Positions 48,288-57,913 of a DNA stretch of 64,000 nt are shown here, piece after piece (the first letter of the stretch is position 1; each line of letters begins with the position of its first letter). A program made the translations under genes and the position numbers. The notes under the pieces were generated by a model, which worked only from the letters and a program-made list of their open reading frames with translations, searched no databases and was not told the DNA's origin. The DNA is from an uncultured Verrucomicrobiae bacterium (lineage in GTDB: Bacteria; Verrucomicrobiota; Verrucomicrobiia; Limisphaerales; Palsa-1400): contig CAVXRD010000001.1 of the NCBI GenBank assembly GCA_963764165.1, positions 1,120,001-1,184,000 on the forward strand, given 5' to 3'.

Positions 48288-48336
48288 TTCAGTTGACGGC
48301 CCGAACCGTTCAGCAAGCCCCGGCACAACTTATTAG

Positions 48337-49647
48337 TTAGTTGGCCTGCACGATTTGAACTGATCCAGAAAGGTCTATGGATTTACCGTCTGAAGATACG
48401 GCGGGCAGAAGATCAATCGATGGCCCCACGGGCACGGATTTTCCCGAAATCGTTTGCATCTCTTGGGCGGCAAGATGGGTTTGCAGTCCAGCCAGCGCGG
48501 CCGCCTTTGGGAAGGTCAGCCTGTCAATGTTATGCGCTTCAACGGCGGCCATGAGCGACTTCATTTGTACTGGCGTATATTTGTCAGACACGTTGGTTGC
48601 GTTTTGCCTTGCAAAGAGAGACTTCAGTCCGAGCGCTTCCATATCTTTTTCAGGTGCTTCGACAATATCTGAGGTGATAAGGACCTGCGGCGAAGCGTCT
48701 TGCGGTGCTTCAATCTTGTTTCCTAGAGAATCGATCCACTCGGGAGTGACAAAGAAGAAAACGCGCTGCCCATCCTCGACCTGCCATCCGCCCGCCACCA
48801 GCGTTTCGCCCGGGGCGAGCGTTATTTGGATTTTCGACCCGAATTCCTTAATCCCCGACCCATGCGATTTGTGCGCGATTTTGACGCCTCCAATCGCGGT
48901 CAACACGACCACGCCAACAACAATCGCTGTTTGTGTTTTTGTCCATGCCATAAGTTTCAATGCTCCATTGATGACGGTTAAAGTTGAACTGCTCGCCGTC
49001 GCGCCTTTAACAACGGCAGCGGCGGTGGTCGCCTTGGCCAGCGCGGCCGGAGCGGCTTGAACGGAATTGGAGGAAATTGCTCCGGCAATGATAGCCGCGG
49101 TTGAAGACACGCCTCGTTTGGAAAAGTGAGCGCGCAGCTTGTCCAAGCCCCGCGCCACCCGTTTCCGGGCGGACTCCTCGGTTGCGCCCAACGCCTCCCC
49201 AACCTCCCGCAAACTTCGGTTCTCAAAATAGCGCAGGAGAAGCGCATCGCGGTCGGTTTGTCCAAGCCGGTTCATCGCTTCGTCCAGCAGGGGCGACAAT
49301 TCCAGCCAGGCCGCCTCCGCAGAATCATTATCCATCGTGGATTGCATCTGTGCCTCCTGTTCGCGGCGTCGGCGGCTGGATTCAGTTCTCAACACATTGG
49401 CCGCTGTAAAACGGGTGGTGCGATAGAGCCAGCCGGGGAGGATTGTTTTTTCGTGAATCGAGCCAGCCTTTCTGGCTAGAATAATGAAAACCGCCTGGGT
49501 TATCTCCTCTGCCAGAACCGGATCACGCACTTGCCGCAAGGCTGACGAATAAACGAGGCTGATATGGCGCGCCACCAACGCGGCAAAAGCCTCCTCGGAA
49601 CTGTGCCGGGCATACTCCCGCAGCAATTCCATGTCGTGATCCATCAT
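48337..49647 (-). CDS. ECF sigma-70 factor with Ala-rich linker, TM helix and extracytoplasmic C-terminal domain
   Basis: [29 protein letters not shown] (sigma2); [24 protein letters not shown] (sigma4); hydrophobic [14 protein letters not shown]. Confidence 0.9.
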   Translation of the reverse strand: MMDHDMELLREYARHSSEEAFAALVARHISLVYSSALRQVRDPVLAEEITQAVFIILARKAGSIHEKTILPGWLYRTTRFTAANVLRTESSRRRREQEAQMQSTMDNDSAEAAWLELSPLLDEAMNRLGQTDRDALLLRYFENRSLREVGEALGATEESARKRVARGLDKLRAHFSKRGVSSTAAIIAGAISSNSVQAAPAALAKATTAAAVVKGATASSSTLTVINGALKLMAWTKTQTAIVVGVVVLTAIGGVKIAHKSHGSGIKEFGSKIQITLAPGETLVAGGWQVEDGQRVFFFVTPEWIDSLGNKIEAPQDASPQVLITSDIVEAPEKDMEALGLKSLFARQNATNVSDKYTPVQMKSLMAAVEAHNIDRLTFPKAAALAGLQTHLAAQEMQTISGKSVPVGPSIDLLPAVSSDGKSIDLSGSVQIVQAN

Positions 49648-49781
49648 TCACGTTATACATGTAAGCCCGAATGAAAAGCGGACAGTTTATTTTGCGGCAG
49701 CGGGCGCGCAACCCACATGGGTGACAAAAAAGGGATCCCAGAGCCATCACACACCGTCAGGGGGCCAATCAATGAAGAGCC

Positions 49782-49859
49782 AACAGAAGGAAACGAAGAC
49801 GGGCGAACTCCGGCGGATACGATTTGTTCCCCCCTTCCTTTCCTTCGTTTCCTTCTGTT
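49782..49859. repeat. 17-bp perfect inverted repeat with 44-nt spacer
   Basis: AACAGAAGGAAACGAAG ... CTTCGTTTCCTTCTGTT. Confidence 0.75.
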
Positions 49860-49942
49860 AAGACCCTTCCGGCTAATTTTCATTGTCGCTGCGAAAATCA
49901 ACGCTAGTGGGGGTCTCTCCCAGCCGAGGTGGGATGGACTGT

Positions 49943-49985
49943 TTTGTGACGGGTCGGCGTGACTATATGTGACGGTATTTGTGAG
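49943..49985 (+). repeat. Left half of the TGTGAC hexamer-array element
   Basis: Hexamers at 49945, 49958, 49968 and 49980; spacing 13/10/12, identical to the 51383 copy. Confidence 0.75.
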
Positions 49986-50187
49986 GTTCCTCGCTGTTTT
50001 CAGTGGAGTGCGGATTTGCCTTTGTGTTCCTCTGCGCACTCTTCTTCTCTGCGCGAAAGTTCTTTTCCCTCTGGGAGGCTGTTGACGATGCGTATGATGC
50101 CGTCCTTGATTGGCTCCAGACCAAAATTAAGGAGTGGACGCGGTAAGCGGCCTCAACGATCTTTGCGGTGATCTCATTTGGGACATT

Positions 50188-51336
50188 ATGGTTGCGAAAT
50201 CTAAACTCATCCTCTGCCTCGCCCTCGTTTTGAGCGGCGGTGTGGCCTCAATCAGTTTAGGAGCGGAAGACACGGCACGCTTCCCAATCATTGATTTTGA
50301 AACGAACAAAAGCGAGATCGGATTCACAAGCGAGGTCGGATTCATTGATGCGTCCGGTAAAATTGCCATTCCACTCAACACCAACTGGTTTCTGGCGTCA
50401 ATCGATCGCCGGTGCTTTTTGGAAGGATTGGAGCCGGTGCATATTCGCCGCAAGGTTGGGCGAATTACCGGAGACTGGGGCTACATAGACCCGCAGGGAA
50501 AATTCGCGGTTGAGCCTCAATTTTCTTACGCAGAACCATTCTCGGAAGGACTGGCTGCGGTTTGCGACGCATCCACCAAATACGGAAATAAGGTTGGATA
50601 CATCGACCAGGCCGGCAAATACGTTATTCCGCCGCAATTTGACGAGGCATCTGCTTTTTCAGAGGGATTCGCCCGCGTCGCTGTCAGCAATCTATACGGC
50701 TACATTGATAAGCGCGGCGCTTTTATCGTGAAGCCGCAATATCGCACTGGCGCCGAACACGGTTTCGCGGAAGGCTTGGTCTGGGTTGAATCTGATGGAA
50801 AATGGGGATGCATAAATGGGAAAGGTGAAAATGTCATTGCATTTAAGTTCGCCGGCCCCAGTTCGTTTTCCGATGGGTTGGCGCCCGTGACTCTGGCGGA
50901 TAGCACGAATGACGCTGGACTGCTAACACCTTCGACAGGATACATCGATAAAAGCGGCGCATTTGTCATCGCGCCGCAATTCAATTTGGCTTGGAAGTTT
51001 TCCGAAGGCTTGGCGCGGGTTGATATGGCCGGAAAAATGACCTACATCAACAAGCAGGGAAAAACGGTATTCACCATTGCCAACGGCGGTTGGGCGGATG
51101 AATTTTCCGAAGGGTTGGCAAATGTTTCGATTCGGAAAGGTTCTGGCCCGGAATCGTGGGGCTATATTAATCGGAACGGTGAATTTGTGATCAAACCGCA
51201 ATTCCAACAGGCAAAGCCGTTTTATCGCGGGTTGGCGCAAGTGTTCCTCAACGGACAAATGGGCTACATCGACAAAACAGGACAGTTCGTCTGGAAAGGG
51301 AAGACAAGCCCAATGTGGCAGCCGGCAGCAAAGTGA
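50188..51336 (+). CDS. Exported WG-repeat protein
   Basis: Signal peptide; about 7 repeats of GYID..G..VI.PQF..A..FSEGLA.V. Confidence 0.9.
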   Translation: MVAKSKLILCLALVLSGGVASISLGAEDTARFPIIDFETNKSEIGFTSEVGFIDASGKIAIPLNTNWFLASIDRRCFLEGLEPVHIRRKVGRITGDWGYIDPQGKFAVEPQFSYAEPFSEGLAAVCDASTKYGNKVGYIDQAGKYVIPPQFDEASAFSEGFARVAVSNLYGYIDKRGAFIVKPQYRTGAEHGFAEGLVWVESDGKWGCINGKGENVIAFKFAGPSSFSDGLAPVTLADSTNDAGLLTPSTGYIDKSGAFVIAPQFNLAWKFSEGLARVDMAGKMTYINKQGKTVFTIANGGWADEFSEGLANVSIRKGSGPESWGYINRNGEFVIKPQFQQAKPFYRGLAQVFLNGQMGYIDKTGQFVWKGKTSPMWQPAAK

Positions 51337-51380
51337 GTTCGAACCCAAGAGTTTCGCCCTCCCCACGTTGGAGCAGGGAT

Positions 51381-51478
51381 TTTGTGACGGCTCCGTGTGA
51401 CCCTTTGTGACGGTATTTGTGACGGACTAAGTGCTTGATTGACAACGTTGTGACGGGTGTGACGGCTTTTTAGGGGGG
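51381..51478 (+). repeat. Hexamer-array/IHF-core element, TGTGAC variant (full copy)
   Basis: TGTGAC at 51383, 51396, 51406, 51418, 51449 and 51458; core TAAGTGCTTGATT at 51428. Confidence 0.8.
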
Positions 51479-51768
51479 TGTGTATGCATATGCCACCCAA
51501 GCGGTCAATTTAACGCCTGGGATCGAAGCGGGTCAAAACGAGGCAGGCATCTATGATTCCAACCCAATGTCAGCAAATCTCACCAAATCCAAGCAAATCG
51601 CACCTGTTTTCTTGCTTGGTGAAAACAGGCCGCGGCGGCGCCTTTGCGAATTATAATTAGGATTGACACTTTGGGATAAACATTTCTCGAACCGGAGATC
51701 GAGGCAAAACATGGTTGCTTTGAGCGGGTTGTGCATTAGAATTCACGAGTTAATTTGGACGACACTTC

Positions 51769-52623
51769 ATGTTAGGCACCCTGAATCCAGGTGAGGAAGC
51801 GCAACTGCGGCAGACGATTGAGATGTTCGAGGTCATCACTCAATCGCAGCCGCAGGACTATCAATCGCTTGAAATCCTCAAGGAAGCCTACCTGAAACTC
51901 GGCCTCGAACGCGAGGTGATCCACACTTCAAAACGCATCGCCGAGGCCTATGTGCAACTGGGCCAGCTTTCCTCCGCCATTCTCGAATACGAGACCATTC
52001 TCCAGCGGTTCCCCGGCGACAAGGACGCGATGGCCGCCATGGCGCAAATCGAAAGCAAGGCCAACAACCTGACCAAGCCCGCGCCGGAAATTGAAATGCC
52101 CGCGCCGCCGCAAAAATCTTCCACAACCTCCATCCTTAAGAAGCTCGGCGTCAAACAGGTCGCCAAGCCGGAGGTCGATGACGGGCGGCAGACGATGTTC
52201 AAGTATTTCGTGGATGCGAAACTGCTGACGGCGCCGGATTTTGACGCGTGCTGGCCTGCCCCGAGTCTGACCATGTCGCCGGTCAAAGCCGTCGAGCCAT
52301 TCATCCACGTCCTGGCGGAAAAGCAGATCATGCCGGTGGACAAATCGCTCAAGGTCCTGGCCGACCGCTCACGACTTTCCTACGTCCCGCTTGATCGTTA
52401 CGAGATCGATATCGAGTTCGCCCGCACGGCTCCGCGCGACGTTTGCCGCCGCTGGTGCGTGGTGCCGTTTGACCGGATGAGCAAGTCTCTCATGATTGCC
52501 ACCGCCAACCCGTTCAACAAGCAGGCGTTGATCGATTTGGAGGATGCCCTGCAGCAGCGGCTGCTGCTTTATCTTTCGCCGCCGGCGGATTTGATCCGCG
52601 TCCTGGCCAAGGTCTTCCGCTGA
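51769..52623 (+). CDS. TPR-like plus GspE/PilB N-terminal-like domain protein
   Basis: TPR-like helices (IAEAYVQLGQLSSAILEYETIL); C-terminal VVPFD...IATANPFN resembles the T2SSE N-domain; 11 nt before the pilB-like gene. Confidence 0.7.
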   Translation: MLGTLNPGEEAQLRQTIEMFEVITQSQPQDYQSLEILKEAYLKLGLEREVIHTSKRIAEAYVQLGQLSSAILEYETILQRFPGDKDAMAAMAQIESKANNLTKPAPEIEMPAPPQKSSTTSILKKLGVKQVAKPEVDDGRQTMFKYFVDAKLLTAPDFDACWPAPSLTMSPVKAVEPFIHVLAEKQIMPVDKSLKVLADRSRLSYVPLDRYEIDIEFARTAPRDVCRRWCVVPFDRMSKSLMIATANPFNKQALIDLEDALQQRLLLYLSPPADLIRVLAKVFR

Positions 52624-52634
52624 TCGCCGCCGCC

Positions 52635-54380
52635 ATGCCACCTGTCAATAAATCACTCGGGGAACGGATTGCCGACGCGCTCGTTGAAGACGGGCTGCTG
52701 ACCGGCAAGCAGGTCGAGGAGTTGCTGGAGCAGCAGAAAAAGGAAGGCACGCGCTTCATTAAGCTGGTGGTGGAGAAGGCGTATGTCACGGAGATTGACC
52801 TTGTCGTTTCGATGGGCAGGGTGCTGAACACGCCGCCGGTCAATGTGTCCCGCCTGGGCATCGCGGCGGAAGTCAGCGAATTGGTGCCCAAGGACATGGC
52901 CAACAATTACAAGGTCCTGCCCGTTTCGCGCCTGGGCAACCGCCTTTACCTCGCCATGGCCGATCCCTTGAACGTCCTCGCCGTGGACGATGTCAAGCGC
53001 ACGACAAAACTCGAGGTTTTCCCGCTCATCGCCTCCGAGAAAGCGATTGTTGACAAGCTCAACAACATGGAAAACTCCCGCGCCACCACGATGGAGGACA
53101 TCATCCAGGATGCCGCCAAGCAGGCGGAGGCGGAAGCGGAGGCGGACAACCTGGAAATCTCCACGGACGCGGTCGAGACGACGGATTTGGCGCAATTGGC
53201 CGCGTCTTCCGAGGAAGCGCCTGTCATCAAGCTTGCCAATTTGATTCTCGTCCAGGCGATCAAGGACCGTGCCAGTGATATTCATCTTGAGCCGTTTGAG
53301 AACATGGTCCGGCTGCGCTATCGCGTGGACGGTGGATTGATCGACATGCCGCCGCCACCCAAGGCATTGCAGGTCGCGCTGACGTCGCGCATCAAGGTCA
53401 TGAGCAATTTGGACATTGCCGAGCGCCGCCTGCCGCAGGACGGGCGCATGCGCGTGCGCGTCGGCGGGCGCGATGTCGATTTGCGCGTCTCGTTTCTCCC
53501 GACGGTGCATGGCGAAAAATGCGTCTTGCGCGTGCTGGATAAATCGAACCTATCGGCCAGCATGGACAAACTCGGCATTGATGCGGAAACGTATGTGCGC
53601 TTCAAGTCGGCGGTCGATGCTCCGCACGGATTGATTCTCGTCACCGGCCCCACCGGTTCTGGAAAAACGACCACGCTTTACTCGGCGCTGAACGAACTCA
53701 ACGGGCCGCAATACAACATCGTCACTGTGGAAGATCCGGTGGAATTCCAGCTTCCCGGCGTTAACCAGGTTCCGGTCAAGAAAGAAATAGGTTTGACGTT
53801 TGCCAGCGCCCTGCGCTCGATTCTGCGCCAGGACCCGGACATCATCATGATCGGGGAAATTCGCGATACGGAAACCGCCGAAATCGCGGTTGAATCCGCC
53901 CTGACCGGCCACCAGGTTTTGAGCACGATGCATTGCAATGACGCTCCCGGCGCCATCTCGCGTTTGGACGACATGGAAATTGCGCCGTTCCTGATTTCCT
54001 CCGCCGTCATTCTCGCCTGCGCCCAGCGGCTCATGCGCCGCATTTGCCCAAGTTGCAAGGAGCCGGTCATTTATCCGGACAAGATGTTCGCCGACCTTGG
54101 CATCGACCCGAATTATTTTCACGGCGCCCCGCTCTACCGCGGACGCGGCTGCGAGCGCTGCAAAAATTCCGGTTACTCCGGACGCCTGGCCATCATCGAG
54201 GCGATGACCATGACGGATGAGATTCGAAAGCTGGTCATTCAACGGGTGAGCGCGAGCGAAATCGGCAAAGTTGCCATCTCGCAAGGCATGAAGACGTTGC
54301 GCGTCGTCGGCCTGGAGAAATGCAAGGACGGCATGTCCACCCTCGAACAGACTCTCCTCCTCACGTCCGCCGAACATTGA
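52635..54380 (+). CDS. pilB: Type IV pilus / type II secretion assembly ATPase (PilB/GspE)
   Basis: ASDIHLEP, AERRLPQDGR, TGPTGSGKTTTLY, TVEDPVE, LRQDPDIIMIGEIRD, tetra-Cys motif. Confidence 0.9.
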   Translation: MPPVNKSLGERIADALVEDGLLTGKQVEELLEQQKKEGTRFIKLVVEKAYVTEIDLVVSMGRVLNTPPVNVSRLGIAAEVSELVPKDMANNYKVLPVSRLGNRLYLAMADPLNVLAVDDVKRTTKLEVFPLIASEKAIVDKLNNMENSRATTMEDIIQDAAKQAEAEAEADNLEISTDAVETTDLAQLAASSEEAPVIKLANLILVQAIKDRASDIHLEPFENMVRLRYRVDGGLIDMPPPPKALQVALTSRIKVMSNLDIAERRLPQDGRMRVRVGGRDVDLRVSFLPTVHGEKCVLRVLDKSNLSASMDKLGIDAETYVRFKSAVDAPHGLILVTGPTGSGKTTTLYSALNELNGPQYNIVTVEDPVEFQLPGVNQVPVKKEIGLTFASALRSILRQDPDIIMIGEIRDTETAEIAVESALTGHQVLSTMHCNDAPGAISRLDDMEIAPFLISSAVILACAQRLMRRICPSCKEPVIYPDKMFADLGIDPNYFHGAPLYRGRGCERCKNSGYSGRLAIIEAMTMTDEIRKLVIQRVSASEIGKVAISQGMKTLRVVGLEKCKDGMSTLEQTLLLTSAEH

Positions 54381-54412
54381 CAGAAGCCCACAGGGCTGCG
54401 AGGTTGTCCCAC

Positions 54413-57400
54413 TTGGTTCAAGACCGGCCCAAAATTGCGACCGGTGATGTCTTCACGGTCGTCGAAGAAACTCCCGTTGCGCAATCCCTGCGCGAGCGCG
54501 TGGAGGCGGGAGAGATGTTGTCATTTTCCCGCGTCAGCCCCGGCGCGCAGCCTTTTGTCGCAGCGCTCTGCGCCCGATTATTCCCGTCACGTCCCATCGT
54601 CGTTGTCACCGAAGGATTAAAAGTCGCGGAGTCATTTCAGCAAGACTTGGAAACCTGGATGGATCCCGCCAAGCCGCATTTCTTTCCCGATTGGGAAATG
54701 CTGCCCCACGAAACCAAGCTGCCCCACGCCGATGTGGTAAGCGAGCGGCTGGCGGCCCTGGTCGCGTTGGCGGATGGCCCGAAAGATTCCCCTTCCCCGC
54801 TGCTGGTGACGAATGTCACGGCGCTTCTCCAAAAAACCTGGCCGAGCGCCGAATTGAAAAAACGCACCCGCCGACTGAGCAAAGGCGATTCGATTGATCC
54901 GCTCGATTTAATTGAATGGCTGGAAGAGCAATCCTACGAACCCGAGGCCCAGGTGACGCAAAAAGGCAACATCGCCATGCGCGGCGGCATCGTGGACGTC
55001 TGGCCGCTGGCCAGCCCGTGGCCGGTGCGATTGGAATTTTTTGGGAGCGATCTGGAATCGCTGCGCTACTTCGACCCAGTCAGCCAGATTTCGCGCGAGG
55101 AAGCGAAGGAAATCATCATCGCGCCGGGCGGCGAGGTCGGTCTGCTGAAGCGGGAACAGGGAATTGCAGCGGCGAGTCTGCTCGATTATCTCCCGTCGCA
55201 AACGCTCTTTCTTTTCTTCGAACCGGATTTGCTCGACGCGCAAGCGAAGCGTTATGAAGAGCAAGTCGCCGCCGGCAATCCGCTCCTGATGCAATGGGAG
55301 GAATGGAAGGCGGAAGTCGTTCGGCGAAAATCCCCGTCCATCGCCATCAGCGATTTTGCGCAAACGTTTGAAGAGGATATTGTCGTGGATTTGGAGAAGC
55401 TTGAGCGCCAGGATAGTTTGGAATTTCAAGGTTTGGACGTTTTTCGTCCGATTGGCGCCCGCCAGCCTGAGCCTCACGTCGCCGAAGCGCAGCGGAAGGA
55501 GTTCTTCCAGCAAATCCACCGCTGGCTGCGGCAGGATTATGCTGTCCACGTCTTGTGCAATAATGACGGCGAACGGCAGAGGTTCGGGGAAATTTGGAAC
55601 GAGTATGGCCTCGGAGAAATTAGCGAGCTTCACATGCGACTCGGCAGCATCTCGCGCGGATTTCTGTGCGAGGCGGCCAAGCTGGTGGTGGTCACGGACG
55701 CCGAGATTTTCGGGCGCTACAAAGTGCAGCGGCCGCGCCGGTTGAAATCGCCCCACGCCGCCGCCAGCCGTTCGCTGCTGGACATTAATTTCGCGGAATT
55801 GGAGGAAGGCGATTATGTCGTGCATTTGCAGCACGGCATTGGCCGCTATTTGGGATTGAAATCGCTTCCAGACGCGGTCGGCGAGTCCGGGCAGGAATGC
55901 ATGGCCATCGAGTACGCGCCATCGGAATCAGGCCAGCAGGCGCCGAAGCTTTTTGTTCCGCTGAGCCAGGCGCATCTCGTCAGCAAATATGTCGGCGCGG
56001 GACGCGGCCGACCTCCGCTCAATACGCTGACGGGCAAACGCTGGATCAAAACCATCGACCAGGCGCAACACGCCGTGCGCGATGTTGCTGCGGACATGCT
56101 TTCCATCCAAGCCGCACGCGCCACGCAAATCGGCCATTCGTTTCCGCCCGACAGCGCGTGGCAGATGGAATTCGAGAACAGCTTTCTCTACGAGGAAACT
56201 CCGGACCAGGCTAAAGCCATCGCCGCCTCGAAAGCCGACATGGAAGCGCCCAAGCCAATGGACCGCCTGATTTGCGGCGATGTTGGCTATGGCAAAACAG
56301 AAGTGGCAATACGTGCCGCCTTCAAAGCCGCCCTCGGTGGAAAACAAGTCGCCGTCCTCGTGCCAACCACCGTGCTGGCCCAGCAGCACTACAACAATTT
56401 CCGCGAGCGCATGGCGGATTATCCTGTGCGCGTAGAGTTGCTCTCGCGCTTCCGCAACAAGCGCGAGCAGGCCCGCGTCGTGCGCGAGCTGGCGGGGGGA
56501 TCAGTGGATATCGTCATCGGCACGCACCGGCTTTTGCAGGGCGACATCGTTTTCAAGGATTTGGGGCTGGTGGTCATCGACGAAGAACAGCGCTTCGGCG
56601 TCTTGCACAAGGAGCGTTTCAAGAGATTCCGCACCATGGTGGACGTCCTCACGCTGACGGCGACACCGATCCCGCGCACGCTCTACCTCGCGCTGGCCGG
56701 GGCGCGCGACATGAGCACCATCGAAACGCCGCCGCAGGATCGGCTCCCGGTGGAGACCATTGTCACGGGCTACGATGAACGCCTCATCCGCGACGCCGTC
56801 CGCCGCGAAATGAATCGAGGCGGCCAGGTTTTCTTCCTGCACAATCGTGTGTTTGACATAGAGACGGCGGCCCAGAAATTGCGGCAGTTGGTTCCCGAGG
56901 CGCGCATCGCGGTCGGCCACGGGCAGATGCACGCCGACCAGCTTGAGGAGGTGATGACCGGCTTCATCAATGGCGAGAGCGATGTTCTCTTTTCCACCAC
57001 GATCATCGAAAGCGGCATCGATATTCCGAACGCCAACACAATTATAATTGACAGAGCGGACCGGTTTGGCTTGAGCGATTTGTATCAATTGCGCGGGCGG
57101 GTGGGGCGCTACAAGCACCAGGCTTACGCCTACCTTCTGCTGCCGCGCCACGCTGGATTGTTGACAGACGCGCGCAAACGCCTCGGGGCCATCAAGCAGT
57201 ATTCCAGCCTTGGCAGCGGATTCAAAATTGCCATGCGCGACTTGGAGATTCGCGGCGCGGGGAATTTGCTGGGCGCGGAGCAAAGCGGACATATTGCCGC
57301 AGTCGGATTTGAATTATACTGCCAGCTTCTCAAGCGCAGCGTCGGCCAGCTCAAAGGCGAAACACCCGCGACCCAGGTGGAGACGCAGATCCGCCTTGAT

Positions 57401-57772
57401 TTCCTTCCGACGGGCCAGCAGGACACTGGCGCATTTCTGCCGGCGGGCTATGTTGCCGAACCGCAACAGCGCATTGAGATGTATCGCAAGCTGGCCCAGG
57501 CTGCCGATGCGCGCGCGTTAAGCGACTTGCGAAATGAGTGGCGCGACCGTTTCGGGCCGGTGCCGGAGCCTGCGGAACTGGCGCTGCAGGTGGCCGACCT
57601 AAAGATCGCCGCCGCCGCCAAGGGGCTGTCGACAATAGAAGTCAAAGAGGGAAAGCTAGTGCTAAAGCGGAATAACGACTTTGTCATGGCGGGAGGAAAA
57701 TTCCCGCGCCTGAGAAAAACCGAGCCAGCGGCGCGCCTGCGGGAGATTAAGAAGCTAATCCTTGCATTATGA
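54413..57772 (+). CDS. mfd: Transcription-repair coupling factor
   Basis: RGGIVDVW, VVHLQHGIGRY, MDRLICGDVGYGKTEVA, DEEQRFGV, TATPIPRTL, QLRGRVGR, DLEIRGAGN; TTG 54413 lies 7 nt after TTGACA-N17-GAGGTT. Confidence 0.96.
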   Translation: MVQDRPKIATGDVFTVVEETPVAQSLRERVEAGEMLSFSRVSPGAQPFVAALCARLFPSRPIVVVTEGLKVAESFQQDLETWMDPAKPHFFPDWEMLPHETKLPHADVVSERLAALVALADGPKDSPSPLLVTNVTALLQKTWPSAELKKRTRRLSKGDSIDPLDLIEWLEEQSYEPEAQVTQKGNIAMRGGIVDVWPLASPWPVRLEFFGSDLESLRYFDPVSQISREEAKEIIIAPGGEVGLLKREQGIAAASLLDYLPSQTLFLFFEPDLLDAQAKRYEEQVAAGNPLLMQWEEWKAEVVRRKSPSIAISDFAQTFEEDIVVDLEKLERQDSLEFQGLDVFRPIGARQPEPHVAEAQRKEFFQQIHRWLRQDYAVHVLCNNDGERQRFGEIWNEYGLGEISELHMRLGSISRGFLCEAAKLVVVTDAEIFGRYKVQRPRRLKSPHAAASRSLLDINFAELEEGDYVVHLQHGIGRYLGLKSLPDAVGESGQECMAIEYAPSESGQQAPKLFVPLSQAHLVSKYVGAGRGRPPLNTLTGKRWIKTIDQAQHAVRDVAADMLSIQAARATQIGHSFPPDSAWQMEFENSFLYEETPDQAKAIAASKADMEAPKPMDRLICGDVGYGKTEVAIRAAFKAALGGKQVAVLVPTTVLAQQHYNNFRERMADYPVRVELLSRFRNKREQARVVRELAGGSVDIVIGTHRLLQGDIVFKDLGLVVIDEEQRFGVLHKERFKRFRTMVDVLTLTATPIPRTLYLALAGARDMSTIETPPQDRLPVETIVTGYDERLIRDAVRREMNRGGQVFFLHNRVFDIETAAQKLRQLVPEARIAVGHGQMHADQLEEVMTGFINGESDVLFSTTIIESGIDIPNANTIIIDRADRFGLSDLYQLRGRVGRYKHQAYAYLLLPRHAGLLTDARKRLGAIKQYSSLGSGFKIAMRDLEIRGAGNLLGAEQSGHIAAVGFELYCQLLKRSVGQLKGETPATQVETQIRLDFLPTGQQDTGAFLPAGYVAEPQQRIEMYRKLAQAADARALSDLRNEWRDRFGPVPEPAELALQVADLKIAAAAKGLSTIEVKEGKLVLKRNNDFVMAGGKFPRLRKTEPAARLREIKKLILAL

Positions 57773-57844
57773 AATGCTCGCATTCCTTGTGCCAATCAAT
57801 CAGGGAAGCATGTAATTTATATTACAAAAAAGCCTGAGCAGCCC

Positions 57845-57873
57845 TTGACGAAAGGCCCTAAGGTAACCATATT
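57845..57873 (+). promoter_or_regulatory. Sigma-70 promoter of rpoD
   Basis: TTGACG-N17-CATATT. Confidence 0.55.
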
Positions 57874-57913
57874 GTCGCTCATTTTGGACTTTGAGCGATC
57901 CAGGAAAAACTTT

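Noticed and set aside
46295..51478. Hexamer arrays or REP doublets as CRISPR arrays
   Set aside because: Repeat units are too short, there are no regular 30-40 nt unique spacers, and no cas genes
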